Assembly (NCBI GenBank): GCA_963752595.1
Contig: CAVVYZ010000021.1
Location: 1-64,000 of the forward strand
Direction of reading: 5' to 3'
DNA from: an uncultured delta proteobacterium
GTDB taxonomy: Bacteria; Desulfobacterota; Desulfomonilia; UBA1062
Length of the DNA stretch: 64,000 bases
Both the position numbers and the translations under genes were made by a program. The stretch's first letter is position 1; the number at the start of each line of letters is the position of its first letter. Below, one piece after another: positions 10,663 through 20,547 of the stretch. Below the pieces are notes generated by a model. It saw only the letters and a list, made by a program, of their open reading frames with translations. It did no database searches and was not told the origin of the DNA.

Positions 10663-11586
10663 ATGTCGTTTACAGAGTTCAGAGACGATATATGGCCGAG
10701 CCTGCCTCTGGAAGATTGGGAAGAAACCCATGACACGCTTCGTTTATGGTCTCAGATAATCGGCAAGATCAAGCTTAAATTAGCCCCCATGACCAATCAT
10801 TGGTGGCAAGTTCCTTTTTATGTCACGGCACGAGGACTGACGACGTCACCCATCCCTTATTCCGGCCGGATCTTTCAGATAGATTTTGATTTCATAGATC
10901 ATGTGATGCATATCGAGGCAGAAAGCGGGGATAATCGTTCCATAGAACTAAAACCATGCTCGGTAGCAGCTTTCTATAACGAAACAATGGCTTCGCTGCA
11001 CTCCCTGGGAATTGAGGTCTCTATCTGGACTACCCCTGTCGAGATACCGGAAAGGATCCCTTTTGAACAGGATGATAAGCATTCTGTTTATGACAGGAAT
11101 TATTCACAGCGATTCTGGAGGGCCCTTGTTCAGGCAGATCGGGTCATGCAGGAATTTCGATCCCGTTTTATCGGCAAGGATAGCCCTGTTCATTTTTTCT
11201 GGGGCGGGTTCGATATCGCGGTAACCCGTTTCTCAGGACGCCGCGCACCCGAGCATCCGCCTGTACCGGGCATCGCCCAGCGGGTGACGACTGAAGCATA
11301 CTCCCATGAAGTGAGCAGTTGCGGATTCTGGCCGGGCTCGGGCTTTGGGGCACCGGCTTTTTACGCCTATGCCTACCCCGAGCCCGAAGGCTTCAAGGCG
11401 TATCCTGTCGAGCCGAAAGAGGCTTATTACAATCCCGACCTCGGGGAATTCATTTTGCCTTATGACGCGGTGAGGACGGCCGGTTCGCCGGACGATGCAC
11501 TCCTCTCATTTTTCCAGAGCACATACGAAGCAGCAGCAAATTTGAGCAAATGGGATCGGCCATCACTTGAACGAAAGCTGCAGTAG
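10663..11586 (+). CDS. DUF5996 family protein
   Basis: NHWWQV, HFFWG.FD.AVTRFSGR.AP.HP, EAYSHE.SS.GFWPG. Confidence 0.85.
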   Translation: MSFTEFRDDIWPSLPLEDWEETHDTLRLWSQIIGKIKLKLAPMTNHWWQVPFYVTARGLTTSPIPYSGRIFQIDFDFIDHVMHIEAESGDNRSIELKPCSVAAFYNETMASLHSLGIEVSIWTTPVEIPERIPFEQDDKHSVYDRNYSQRFWRALVQADRVMQEFRSRFIGKDSPVHFFWGGFDIAVTRFSGRRAPEHPPVPGIAQRVTTEAYSHEVSSCGFWPGSGFGAPAFYAYAYPEPEGFKAYPVEPKEAYYNPDLGEFILPYDAVRTAGSPDDALLSFFQSTYEAAANLSKWDRPSLERKLQ

Positions 11587-11633
11587 TAATTTATTCAGCA
11601 AATGCCGGTACATAGCAACAACACACTCAGCAT

Positions 11634-12254
11634 ATGAGCTTTTCCTTAGGAATCATCAAAAGCATCATTTCTTGGCTGGTTGCTTTTACCGCGAAACTCG
11701 GATACCCGGGGATCTTTCTTATCATGGCTATGGAAAGCTCGTTCATCCCCGTGCCAAGCGAGCTTGTGATCCCGGCCGCCGGATACCTTGCTTCACAGGG
11801 AATCCTGAACCCGTGGCTCGTGCTCCTGTCAGGGACACTGGGGAGCTTGAGCGGTGCCCTTGTGAACTATGCCGCGGCATACTATTTGGGCCGTCGGATC
11901 ATCAAGAGGTATGGCCAATATTTCTTCATCAATGCCCGAAGACTGTCCGGAGTCGAAGCATTCTATCTGAGACATGGCGAGATAAGCACCTTTTCAGGGA
12001 GATTCCTTCCTATCGTACGCCATCTCATCTCCATCCCTGCAGGGCTCGGGAGAATGAACGTGGCGAGGTTCTCCATCTTTACCGGCCTTGGTGCATGCAT
12101 GATAATCGGCATCCATGAGTATATCGGTTTTCTTGTGGGGCAGAATATGGATCTGGTGCGGAAGTACTCGGAAGAGGCCGGCATCGGGATTATCATCTGG
12201 CTTGGTATTATCCTTATTTTTTATATCTGGTGGCATGTGAGGTACAGGCAGTGA
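11634..12254 (+). CDS. DedA family membrane protein
   Basis: MAMESS..PVPSELV...AG, GRFLP.VRHLISIPAG. Confidence 0.9.
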   Translation: MSFSLGIIKSIISWLVAFTAKLGYPGIFLIMAMESSFIPVPSELVIPAAGYLASQGILNPWLVLLSGTLGSLSGALVNYAAAYYLGRRIIKRYGQYFFINARRLSGVEAFYLRHGEISTFSGRFLPIVRHLISIPAGLGRMNVARFSIFTGLGACMIIGIHEYIGFLVGQNMDLVRKYSEEAGIGIIIWLGIILIFYIWWHVRYRQ

Positions 12255-12275
12255 GCCTGGGCGAGAAAGGGTATC

Positions 12276-12827
12276 GTGAAGACAGCGGACAGAAAGAAGA
12301 TCACCAGGAAAATGAGGGTGGCATATCATGAGGCAGGGCATGTGGTTGTAGCCTATCTGCTGAATAAGGAATTCAAGTATGTTACCATCAAGCCGGAAAG
12401 CGATCCTGTCCTGGGGTCTTACTACAGGATGGGGCATATTGAGTATTCCAATAGCCCTGACCCTCAAAACCATGATTCCATCGAGAACGAGATCATCTTT
12501 AACCTTGCAGGGGGCATTGCGGAAGAAATCCTCGCAGGCGAAGGCATAACCAGCCGGATCAGGGCTCTCGACAGTTCCTTTACCGACCGGCACGAGGCCA
12601 ATAAGATCCTCAAAGGATTATACAATGACATTGAAAACCCGAACGCACATGAGACACATTTTGACAAACTGTATAGGAGGTGTGTGCATTTACTGAGTCA
12701 TCCTCCGCACTGGGCAGCAATCGAAGCCATCGCAAACAAGCTCATGAGGCAGGAAACGATCAGGTATGAGCAGGCAAAAATACTGATCCGTGCTGCAATC
12801 GAGGGCCATCCGGAAAACGGAAGGTAA
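12276..12827 (+). CDS. Stand-alone peptidase M41 (FtsH protease-domain)-like protein
   Basis: AYHEAGH zincin motif, LAGGIAEE, downstream Asp, IA..L...ETI; no AAA+ or TM region. Confidence 0.7.
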   Translation: MKTADRKKITRKMRVAYHEAGHVVVAYLLNKEFKYVTIKPESDPVLGSYYRMGHIEYSNSPDPQNHDSIENEIIFNLAGGIAEEILAGEGITSRIRALDSSFTDRHEANKILKGLYNDIENPNAHETHFDKLYRRCVHLLSHPPHWAAIEAIANKLMRQETIRYEQAKILIRAAIEGHPENGR

Positions 12828-12888
12828 GCGCCGCTCTCCACACTTCAGGGTTGTATTCTTAAACGCCGGTATGAAGCGGCAGCACCCG

Positions 12889-13809
12889 TCATTGGGGCCG
12901 TTTTATCGTATCATCGCCGGTGCCTTTCCCCATAAGCCGCAGCAAGTCCGAATCGTTGAAGGAGATAGTTGTCTGGGGGTAGGGGATCTCGATGTTCTGC
13001 TCATCAAAGGCGTGCTTGACCCTTCTCAGGAATTCCCGGCCCACTTCCCACTGGTGTATGGGCTTGGTCTTGATGCGTCCCTTGATCACCACGGCGGAAT
13101 CGCCTAACTTGTCTACACCGAAGATCTCCGGGTCCTCGATGATAAGATCTTTATACTGGTCCTCCTGCCTCAGCTGTGCGCCGGTCTTTTTCAGGATGGA
13201 AATCACCTTGTCCGGGTCCTCGTGGTAGGCTATGCCGATATCGAACACATAGGCAGACCATCCGTGAGTCATATTGCTTAAAGAAGTAATGGAGCCGTTG
13301 GGGATGATGTGGACGACGCCTGCCAGGTCCCGCAGCACGATGGTGCGGAAATTGATCTGTTCCGCGAGCCCGGATGTGCCGTTGATCGAGACGACATCCC
13401 CGATCCGGACCTGATTTTCAAGGATGAGGAAAAATCCCGAGATCACATCCTTGACGAGATTCTGGCCGCCGAACCCGACCGCCAGCCCCACGATGCCTGC
13501 GCCTGCCAGAACCGGCCCGATCTCGATGCCGGCCTCCTTGATGATCATCAGGCCGACCGTCACCCACAAGAGGATATACACGGCCTGACGGAGAAGAAAC
13601 ATCAGCGTTTCGATCCGTTTGGAAGATTCCGTGACGGACTCGCCGCTTGCGATGCCCCGCTGAACAAGGAAGATATGGAACCTTGCCAGGAGCTTCTTGA
13701 GCATCTTCGAGCCTATCCATACCGCAACAAAGATGATCGAGATGTGCATCACCTTATTCAGCACGAGCTCAAAATTTATTTTTCCCAGAATCTGAAGTAC
13801 TGTTTCCAT
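12889..13809 (-). CDS. Small-conductance mechanosensitive channel (MscS/YbiO-like)
   Basis: GLAVGFGGQNLVKDVISGFF, GDVV, IPNG.I, IEIPYPQ. Confidence 0.92.
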   Translation of the reverse strand: METVLQILGKINFELVLNKVMHISIIFVAVWIGSKMLKKLLARFHIFLVQRGIASGESVTESSKRIETLMFLLRQAVYILLWVTVGLMIIKEAGIEIGPVLAGAGIVGLAVGFGGQNLVKDVISGFFLILENQVRIGDVVSINGTSGLAEQINFRTIVLRDLAGVVHIIPNGSITSLSNMTHGWSAYVFDIGIAYHEDPDKVISILKKTGAQLRQEDQYKDLIIEDPEIFGVDKLGDSAVVIKGRIKTKPIHQWEVGREFLRRVKHAFDEQNIEIPYPQTTISFNDSDLLRLMGKGTGDDTIKRPQ

Positions 13810-13981
13810 GCAGAGCTCCCATGTATGACATAAGCTTGATCCGACCGCGCCGGGATCAGTTATGTTCAGAGTCCCTCTCTTTTGCCATTATTGCGGTGTG
13901 CCGTCAAGGCCGGCAACATTGATTCCTGTGGTCGTGCGCCCTAAAGAAGAATCAACAAATCTATATCAAGGGAGGTCCGAG

Positions 13982-14182
13982 ATGAATCCTGAGATACTGA
14001 AAGGAAAATGGAACGAATTAAAAGGTGCCATTAAGATGAAATGGGGTGATCTCACCGATGACGACCTCAAAAAGGTAGAAGGACAGGAAGATAAGTTCGT
14101 GGGACTGCTCCAGAAAAAATACGGGTATTCCAAGGATAAGGCACAGAAGGAATATAATGATTTCATCAGCGGCTGGAAGTAA
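13982..14182 (+). CDS. CsbD/YjbJ family stress protein
   Basis: GKWNELKG..K.KWGDLTDDDL...EG....VG.LQKKYG; GGAGG RBS. Confidence 0.92.
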   Translation: MNPEILKGKWNELKGAIKMKWGDLTDDDLKKVEGQEDKFVGLLQKKYGYSKDKAQKEYNDFISGWK

Positions 14183-14225
14183 GCATGCTTTAACCCTCTT
14201 TTACAGTGGTGCGAGGAGTGTAAGG

Positions 14226-15695
14226 CTATACCCGAGACTGATCGACGGTTTCCATCTGGATCTGGCCATGCCTGAGGAGCCGGTTTCCGGTTATGTTGAT
14301 CTTCACGTTGAACTCCTGCTCCAGGCGGAAGAGATACTTCCTCTGATAATTCAGGAGATACATGGCCACCTCGGGAGGAAGCTCGACTTTGATCTCTGAA
14401 GGGTTGTTCCGGTTCAGGAAGAGCTGGATTTCTCGCAGGCCCATGAAGGTCGAGGATTCAACCGATCTTACCATGCCGGTGCCTTCACACGAGAGGCACC
14501 CCACGTAGCTTTTTTCCAGGATCGTGGATGAGAGGCGCTCGCGGGAGAGCTCCAGGATACCGAACTTGGAGATCCTTCCCACCACCAGATGCGCCCGGTC
14601 ATTCTTGAGATAATCCTTGAGCGCCTTCTCGACGTTGCGCATGTTTGCTTTGGAGCGCATATCGATAAAATCAATGACCACGAGCCCGCCGATATCTCGC
14701 AGAATTAATTGCCGGGCTATTTCGGCAGCAGCCTCGATATTGGTGGAGAACGCGGTATTCTCGATGTCCTTGGCGGTCGTGGAATGGCCGGAATTCACGT
14801 CTATGACCACCATTGCTTCGGTCGGCTCGATGACGATGGAGCCCCCGGAAGGCAGCTTCACCCTTTTATTGAAGATGCTCTGGATCTGCTGCTCCAGCTC
14901 ATATTTCGTAAAGAGGGGCTTGTTCTGCTTGTAATGCTTGAGGAGGTGCTTGTACCGAGGCATCACGCTCTTCATGAAAATGGCTGCCCTCCGGCAGGTT
15001 TCTTCGTCATCGATGAGGATCTCGGTCATGTCATGCGTAAAATAGTCGCGGACCGAGCGGATGATGATATCGCCCTCCCGGTAGATGAGCGAAGGGCAGG
15101 GCACCTCTGCAAACTCGTCTTCAATGCTCTTCCAGAGCCTGAGCAGGTATGTCATGTCCTTCTGCAGGTCTGCCTTTGTCCTGTCCATACCGGCGGTTCG
15201 TACAATGAGGCCCATATCCGGTGGAGGAGAGAGCTGAGAGATGACATCCTTGAGCCGCTTTCTCTGCGACTCGTCGTCGATCTTCCGTGAAATCCCGGCA
15301 AGGTCCTGCTGGGGCAGGAGCACCATGTAGCGCCCGGGGATGGAGATACCCATGGTGAGCAGGGCGCCTTTCGATGCCTTCTCTTCCCGGCTGACCTGTA
15401 CCGGGATTTCGAGGCCCTTTCTCAATAGAGAAATATTCTCTTTCTCATCCTTCATGCCCGGGATGAGTGCCCAGTTGATGTCATTGAGCGGCAAGAGCCC
15501 GTGCTTTTCCCTTCCGTAGTCCACGAAAACGGCATCCAGGCTCCTCTCGACCTTGGAGATCTTGGCCTTATAGATGTTTCCCCGGATCTGCTCTTTCATG
15601 GCGCTCTGGATATAAAGCTCCTTGAGGATACTGTCCTCTACGACTGCAACCCTGATCTCTTCAGGGTGGATAGCGTTTATGAGCATCTTTTTCAT
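14226..15695 (-). CDS. rne: Ribonuclease E/G family (catalytic domain only)
   Basis: MKKMLINA..EEIRVAVV, S1 domain, IDVNSG, IDFIDM, CxxC Zn-link. Confidence 0.9.
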   Translation of the reverse strand: MKKMLINAIHPEEIRVAVVEDSILKELYIQSAMKEQIRGNIYKAKISKVERSLDAVFVDYGREKHGLLPLNDINWALIPGMKDEKENISLLRKGLEIPVQVSREEKASKGALLTMGISIPGRYMVLLPQQDLAGISRKIDDESQRKRLKDVISQLSPPPDMGLIVRTAGMDRTKADLQKDMTYLLRLWKSIEDEFAEVPCPSLIYREGDIIIRSVRDYFTHDMTEILIDDEETCRRAAIFMKSVMPRYKHLLKHYKQNKPLFTKYELEQQIQSIFNKRVKLPSGGSIVIEPTEAMVVIDVNSGHSTTAKDIENTAFSTNIEAAAEIARQLILRDIGGLVVIDFIDMRSKANMRNVEKALKDYLKNDRAHLVVGRISKFGILELSRERLSSTILEKSYVGCLSCEGTGMVRSVESSTFMGLREIQLFLNRNNPSEIKVELPPEVAMYLLNYQRKYLFRLEQEFNVKINITGNRLLRHGQIQMETVDQSRV

Positions 15696-15719
15696 CGGTT
15701 TAGCGTCTTTCCCCTTTCT

Positions 15720-16322
15720 TTATTGAAACATGGAGATGTCGCCCAGGCCTTCACGCACGATCTCGGGGGAATCGGTTTCCATGGAGATGATCGTCGATGG
15801 TATGTCCGGAAGAATCCCGCTGTCAATGACTGCATCCACCCGGTGGCCGAGATGGTCCTCGATCTCTATGGGATCGATATGCCGTCTCTCGTGCGAGAGC
15901 GGCACACTGGTAGTGATAATCGGTTCGCCCACCTCTTCGATGATGGCCCGGCAGAACCAGTGGTCGGGGATTCGGATGCCGATAGCCTTGCGCTTTGTCT
16001 GGAGCAGGCGCGGAACCAGTCGTGTTGCAGGAAGGATGAAGGTATATGGTCCGGGGAGCAGCGTGCGTATAAAACGGAAGGCCTCGTTGGATACCTTTGC
16101 ATAGCGGCTGATTTCCTTCAGATCCGCGAGCATGATACTCCTGGGCTTGACCGCTGCCTTGATGGAATTGATCGAATCGATACCTTTCTTGTTCGTCATG
16201 CAGCAGCCCAGCCCGTATACCGTGTCCGTGGGGTATACGATGATCCCTCCCCGGCTCAGGATTTCAGCCACTCTTTTCACAATCCTCGGCTTCGGGGTAT
16301 TAGGATCAATGAGAATGCGCAC
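15720..16322 (-). CDS. Sua5/YciO/YrdC family (threonylcarbamoyl-AMP synthase-like, YciO type)
   Basis: YPTDTVYGLGC, PGPYTFIL, GIRIPD, PSTII. Confidence 0.88.
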   Translation of the reverse strand: MRILIDPNTPKPRIVKRVAEILSRGGIIVYPTDTVYGLGCCMTNKKGIDSINSIKAAVKPRSIMLADLKEISRYAKVSNEAFRFIRTLLPGPYTFILPATRLVPRLLQTKRKAIGIRIPDHWFCRAIIEEVGEPIITTSVPLSHERRHIDPIEIEDHLGHRVDAVIDSGILPDIPSTIISMETDSPEIVREGLGDISMFQ

Positions 16323-17073
16323 CTGGTGTCTCCTTCAGGCATAAGCTCTTCATATCGATGTTCCCCAGCGCTGACAGAATGGATTCCTTCACCGTGGGTA
16401 TATCCTTTTCCAAAAGGCTCAAATAGCCCCGCACCTGCTCACGTTTCCCGTCGAGGCGCTTCGGGCAGGAATTCACTACCGGCTCGACCTCAAAAGTCCT
16501 GAAATATGACTCGACCAGCTCGGATTTGCAGTAGGCAAGCGGTCTGATGATGCGATTCTTGCCGTCATCGGACACGCGCGAAGGAGCCATGCCTCCCACC
16601 TGGCCGGTGTAGAAGCACCTCAGAAGGAATGTCTCGATGATATCGTCCATATGATGCCCCAGGGCGATGGACGTGTAGTTCTCTTTTTGTGCCATGGAAT
16701 AGAGTATGCCCCTCCTGAGCCTGGAGCACAGGGCGCAGGGGCTTTTTTCCGGATCGGATGAGTGGGCCAGGATCTCGTTAATACCGGAATCGAACACGTG
16801 GACGGTGAGCCCGAGATGATCGTGTATCCAGTCCCGGACCCTGCCGAAGTCCTTCTCGAAACCGGTTGACACATGTACGGGAATGATCTCGAAGTGGACG
16901 GGGGCAACACGTTTCAGCTCTATCAGGACCTTGAGGAGAACGATGGAATCCTTGCCGCCGGATACTGCCGCCATGACCCTGTCTCCATGTTCGATCATGC
17001 GGAAGTCGTGGATAGCTGTTCCGGCCTTTCTCAAGACTCTTTTTTCAAAATATTTTCTGGTATTGTAATTCAC
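16306..17073 (-). CDS. ttcA: tRNA 2-thiocytidine biosynthesis TtcA family
   Basis: PP-loop SGGKDS, PCALCSRLRRG, LGHH.DD..ETF, IRPL; start uncertain (GTG 17073). Confidence 0.85.
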   Translation of the reverse strand: MNYNTRKYFEKRVLRKAGTAIHDFRMIEHGDRVMAAVSGGKDSIVLLKVLIELKRVAPVHFEIIPVHVSTGFEKDFGRVRDWIHDHLGLTVHVFDSGINEILAHSSDPEKSPCALCSRLRRGILYSMAQKENYTSIALGHHMDDIIETFLLRCFYTGQVGGMAPSRVSDDGKNRIIRPLAYCKSELVESYFRTFEVEPVVNSCPKRLDGKREQVRGYLSLLEKDIPTVKESILSALGNIDMKSLCLKETPGAHSH

Positions 17074-17188
17074 GTGATATTCATTATCACATACGAAAAG
17101 ATTTGCAATATATGAAAAAGGCTTGGAAAAGCTCTGCAGGCGCACCTTCAGGTGCCTCGGAAATCGATCTTGTACCGGGAATACGCTC

Positions 17189-18130
17189 CTATGAATCCGG
17201 GCCCGGCTTCACGTCTGCATCAATCCATTCCGGGATAATCCCGAGCGCCTCGCCCGCGGTATGGAACGAGCTTCGGCCGTAATGAGACCTCATCCAGGTG
17301 ATCTGGCGTTTGGCATAGTTTCTGGTGTCGCGCTGGATCCTTGCTATGGCGGATTCGAGACCGATCTTTTCTTCGAGATAATCCACGATATGCTTGTACG
17401 CCAGAGTCTGCATGGACCTTAAATGCGGGCTGAATCCCATGTCGAGGAGCTTCTTCGTCTCGTCGATGAGTCCGCTCTCGACCATCCGGACTACCCGGGC
17501 ATTGATGTCCGCATAGAGCTTTCCACGCTCCGGCATGAGGCACAGCGTGCGGGCCAGGTACCGGGGGCTTGCGAATCCATGCTCCCGGTACACCCTGCTC
17601 GGCTTCATCCCCGTAAGGAAGAGGATCTCCAGGGAGCGAACGATCCTTAACCTGTCGTTTTTGTTTATTTTATTTGCAGTTTCCGGGTCGGTCCGCTCGA
17701 GGATCTGCCAGAGGTGAAGGCTGCCTTTCCGATCCATCAGGCCCCGGAAATAGTCCCGCAGCTTTGCCGATCGCGGCGGGGCAGGGGCCAGACCGTAGAC
17801 GAGGGCCTTGATATACAGGCCGGTGCCTCCGACAACGACCGGGATCCTTTTCCGGGATATGATATCCGCAATCTTTTCCGAGGCACGCGTGGAAAACATC
17901 TCGGCGTTGAATTCCTCGTCAGGGTTCACGATGTCGATGAGGTGATGGGGCAGCAACGATTTCTCGGCCGGGGATGGTTTTGCCGTTGCGATATCCATAT
18001 GCCGGTACACCTGCATGGAGTCTGCAGAGATGACCTCAATGGGGGAGGACCGGGCGAGCTCCAGCATAATCCCGGTCTTGCCCGAGCCCGTGGGCCCGGT
18101 GACTATGATAAGGGGCGTCTTCCGATCCAC
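17189..18130 (-). CDS. miaA: tRNA dimethylallyltransferase
   Basis: GPTGSGKT, DSMQVY..MDIATAKP, GGTGLY, TRNYAKRQITW. Confidence 0.97.
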   Translation of the reverse strand: MDRKTPLIIVTGPTGSGKTGIMLELARSSPIEVISADSMQVYRHMDIATAKPSPAEKSLLPHHLIDIVNPDEEFNAEMFSTRASEKIADIISRKRIPVVVGGTGLYIKALVYGLAPAPPRSAKLRDYFRGLMDRKGSLHLWQILERTDPETANKINKNDRLRIVRSLEILFLTGMKPSRVYREHGFASPRYLARTLCLMPERGKLYADINARVVRMVESGLIDETKKLLDMGFSPHLRSMQTLAYKHIVDYLEEKIGLESAIARIQRDTRNYAKRQITWMRSHYGRSSFHTAGEALGIIPEWIDADVKPGPDS

Positions 18131-19854
18131 CGTTCGATCTCGTCAGCCCCTATGCGCTTGAACAAGGGGCGCCCATGGGGGCATGTCAAAGGAGAACCGA
18201 CCTCGTCGAGGTCCTTCAGCAGTCCCTCGATTTCGGCATGGTGAAGCCTTTTCCCTGCACGGATACTGCTGTGGCAGGCGATGCGGATAAGCAGCTCATT
18301 GAGGTATTCCTTTCTCCGCAGCTCTCCTTCCATCACGGCATTGATAAGATCCATGACGATGGCCTGGATGTTTCCCCGGCTCAAGACCGAAGGTATTGAC
18401 CGTACCGCAACTGCAGTATCACCGAAGGGTTCTGCTTCGATTCCTAATGTTCGGATATCTTGTGCTATTTCTCCGAAAGCGGCAAACTCTACCGGCGAGA
18501 GCTCGATGATGTGAGGGCTCAGCAATGCCTGGATCGGAGGCTGGGCTGATGATCCGGCATTCTTCATGCGCTCATAGGTAACCCGTTCATGGGCTGCATG
18601 CTGGTCAAGAATGTAGAGGGATGTTTCATCTTCGAGAAGGATGTACGTTGACTGGAATACCCCCACAATGGATTTGTCCGAATAGGTATGGCCGGTTTTC
18701 TTATCTCCGAAGAGATTCTTCTGGATGAGACCTGGCTGAAAGGTTTGGAGGAAAGGATATTTCGGAGCCTGGTATACCGTCTGGGGCTTAAGGCGATATG
18801 ATGCTCCTGGTTCTTCGACCGGAAAGACGGCCGGTTTTCCCTCGGGAACCTGCCAGGATGACGATGGGTGCCCGTTCAATGTTTGCCTGACAGTATTCAC
18901 TATGGCGCCGAATACGGCAGAAGGATTCCTGAATCTCACCTCTGCCTTTGCAGGGTGGACATTGACATCCACTTCGGAGGTATCGATATCGATGAAAAGC
19001 ACAGCCAGCGGAAACCTCTGCTTCATGATAAGACCGCTGAACCCTTCCAGGACAGCTGAGCGCAGGGTGTGATCCAGGACCGACCTGCGGTTCACGTAGG
19101 TGTAGATCCCGCTCCTGGTGGGCCGTGTCGCCTCGGGGGATGCAATGATGCCGTGGATTCTCAGTTGGGGCCGATCATCCGAGAAGGCATGGAGCTTTCC
19201 CTGCACCTCTTTTCCCCAGGCTCCTGTTACCCGCTCTTCAAGTGAAGATCCTTCGCGGAGGTTCAAAACGCTGCGCCCGTTGGCCGAGAGGGTAAAACGT
19301 ACAGAGGGATATGCCAACGAATACCGCGATACCACATCGATGATGTGCCGCTGTTCGGTGGCGGCTGCCTTGAGAAACTTCCTCCGTGCAGGCGTATTAA
19401 AGAAAAGATCCTTCACTTCGATAATTGTGCCGGGGGGCATGCCCTTCATTCCCTTTTCCTTAACACTACCTGCCTCCAGTGACAGATACCAGCCGTTTGA
19501 AGATGGCTCAGTTCTTGAAGCGATCATGGACCTGCTCACCGACAAAATGCTCGGCAAGGCCTCACCGCGGAAGCCGAGCGTGCGGATGGAGAAAAGGTCA
19601 TCCGAACGGGCTATTTTGCTCGTCGCATGCCGGAGTATGGCGACATCGAGGTCTTCCCTGCTCATCCCATGACCGTCATCGGCCAGTCGTATCAGGTCGA
19701 TGCCGCTTCCCTCGATTTCCACAAGGATATTTGCGGCATGAGCATCTATGGCATTCTCCAGGAGCTCTTTGACCACAGAGGAAGGTCTTTCTATGACTTC
19801 TCCTGCAGCTATCTGGTTGATGAGTTCCTGGTCAAGAACGCGTATGGCACTCAT
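18103..19854 (-). CDS. mutL: DNA mismatch repair endonuclease MutL
   Basis: IAAGEVIERP, GFRGEAL, DVNVHPAK, DQHAAHER, CPHGRP. Confidence 0.98.
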   Translation of the reverse strand: MSAIRVLDQELINQIAAGEVIERPSSVVKELLENAIDAHAANILVEIEGSGIDLIRLADDGHGMSREDLDVAILRHATSKIARSDDLFSIRTLGFRGEALPSILSVSRSMIASRTEPSSNGWYLSLEAGSVKEKGMKGMPPGTIIEVKDLFFNTPARRKFLKAAATEQRHIIDVVSRYSLAYPSVRFTLSANGRSVLNLREGSSLEERVTGAWGKEVQGKLHAFSDDRPQLRIHGIIASPEATRPTRSGIYTYVNRRSVLDHTLRSAVLEGFSGLIMKQRFPLAVLFIDIDTSEVDVNVHPAKAEVRFRNPSAVFGAIVNTVRQTLNGHPSSSWQVPEGKPAVFPVEEPGASYRLKPQTVYQAPKYPFLQTFQPGLIQKNLFGDKKTGHTYSDKSIVGVFQSTYILLEDETSLYILDQHAAHERVTYERMKNAGSSAQPPIQALLSPHIIELSPVEFAAFGEIAQDIRTLGIEAEPFGDTAVAVRSIPSVLSRGNIQAIVMDLINAVMEGELRRKEYLNELLIRIACHSSIRAGKRLHHAEIEGLLKDLDEVGSPLTCPHGRPLFKRIGADEIERWIGRRPLS

Positions 19855-20043
19855 TCCTCATTCTCTCCTGATTTATGATACGAAGGCGCTTTTCCATCTG
19901 TCCTGTCGGTTTCAACGCTATCCAGATCCATGAGAGAAGTCAACAGCGACATGCGATATGCAATTGTTTCCCATTGAAACTGCTTAGCATTTGGAATATA
20001 CCATGTGGTACTTACCCTTAATTGGGAAGTTGAGAGATGGATT

Positions 20044-20547
20044 ATGAAAAAAATCGCCGGCATAGGCTTTTTTACCGCAATGTTCACTTTGAGCTTATCT
20101 GCCTATGCCCAGCAGGTGCCGTCCTACAGTGAACTCACCCAATACCTCGTAGACGTAAAGGGATGGAAAGCAGAAGAAGCGGCAGGGGTGGATATACGAG
20201 GCCCATATTCCAGCATGGTTCACGCCATGAGGGAGTATGCAAAAGGCAATATGACGGTGGATGCCCAGATCATTGTCGGGGATGCCGCCCAGGGAAGTTG
20301 GGAGCCGTTTGCCTCCGGCTACGCCATCGATACCCCCGATATCCTTGTAAAGACGGTTGAACTATCCGGATATCAGGTAGGCATCAACCATGAAAAGAAG
20401 GAAAACTTGGGCATGATCGTGGTGCTTCTCCACACCAGCGATATATCCGGAATATTTACTCTCAATTACTCGGGGATGTCTTTTGAGAATGCCTTGGACT
20501 TTGCAAAAAAATTCCCCTGGAAAAGTATGGAAGACGCCATCGAGTGA
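20044..20547 (+). CDS. Exported hypothetical protein
   Basis: Signal peptide MKKIAG...SAYA; no recognised domain. Confidence 0.7.
   Translation: MKKIAGIGFFTAMFTLSLSAYAQQVPSYSELTQYLVDVKGWKAEEAAGVDIRGPYSSMVHAMREYAKGNMTVDAQIIVGDAAQGSWEPFASGYAIDTPDILVKTVELSGYQVGINHEKKENLGMIVVLLHTSDISGIFTLNYSGMSFENALDFAKKFPWKSMEDAIE

Noticed and set aside
9800-14225. Integrative element with att sites at tRNA-Val
   Set aside because: No integrase and no repeat of the tRNA 3' end seen downstream
15501-16502. Long antisense ORFs (e.g. 15501-16502, 4653-5525, 37869-38738, 57329-58153, 61401-62231)
   Set aside because: Shadow frames of well-supported genes in GC-rich coding DNA; no motifs or RBS
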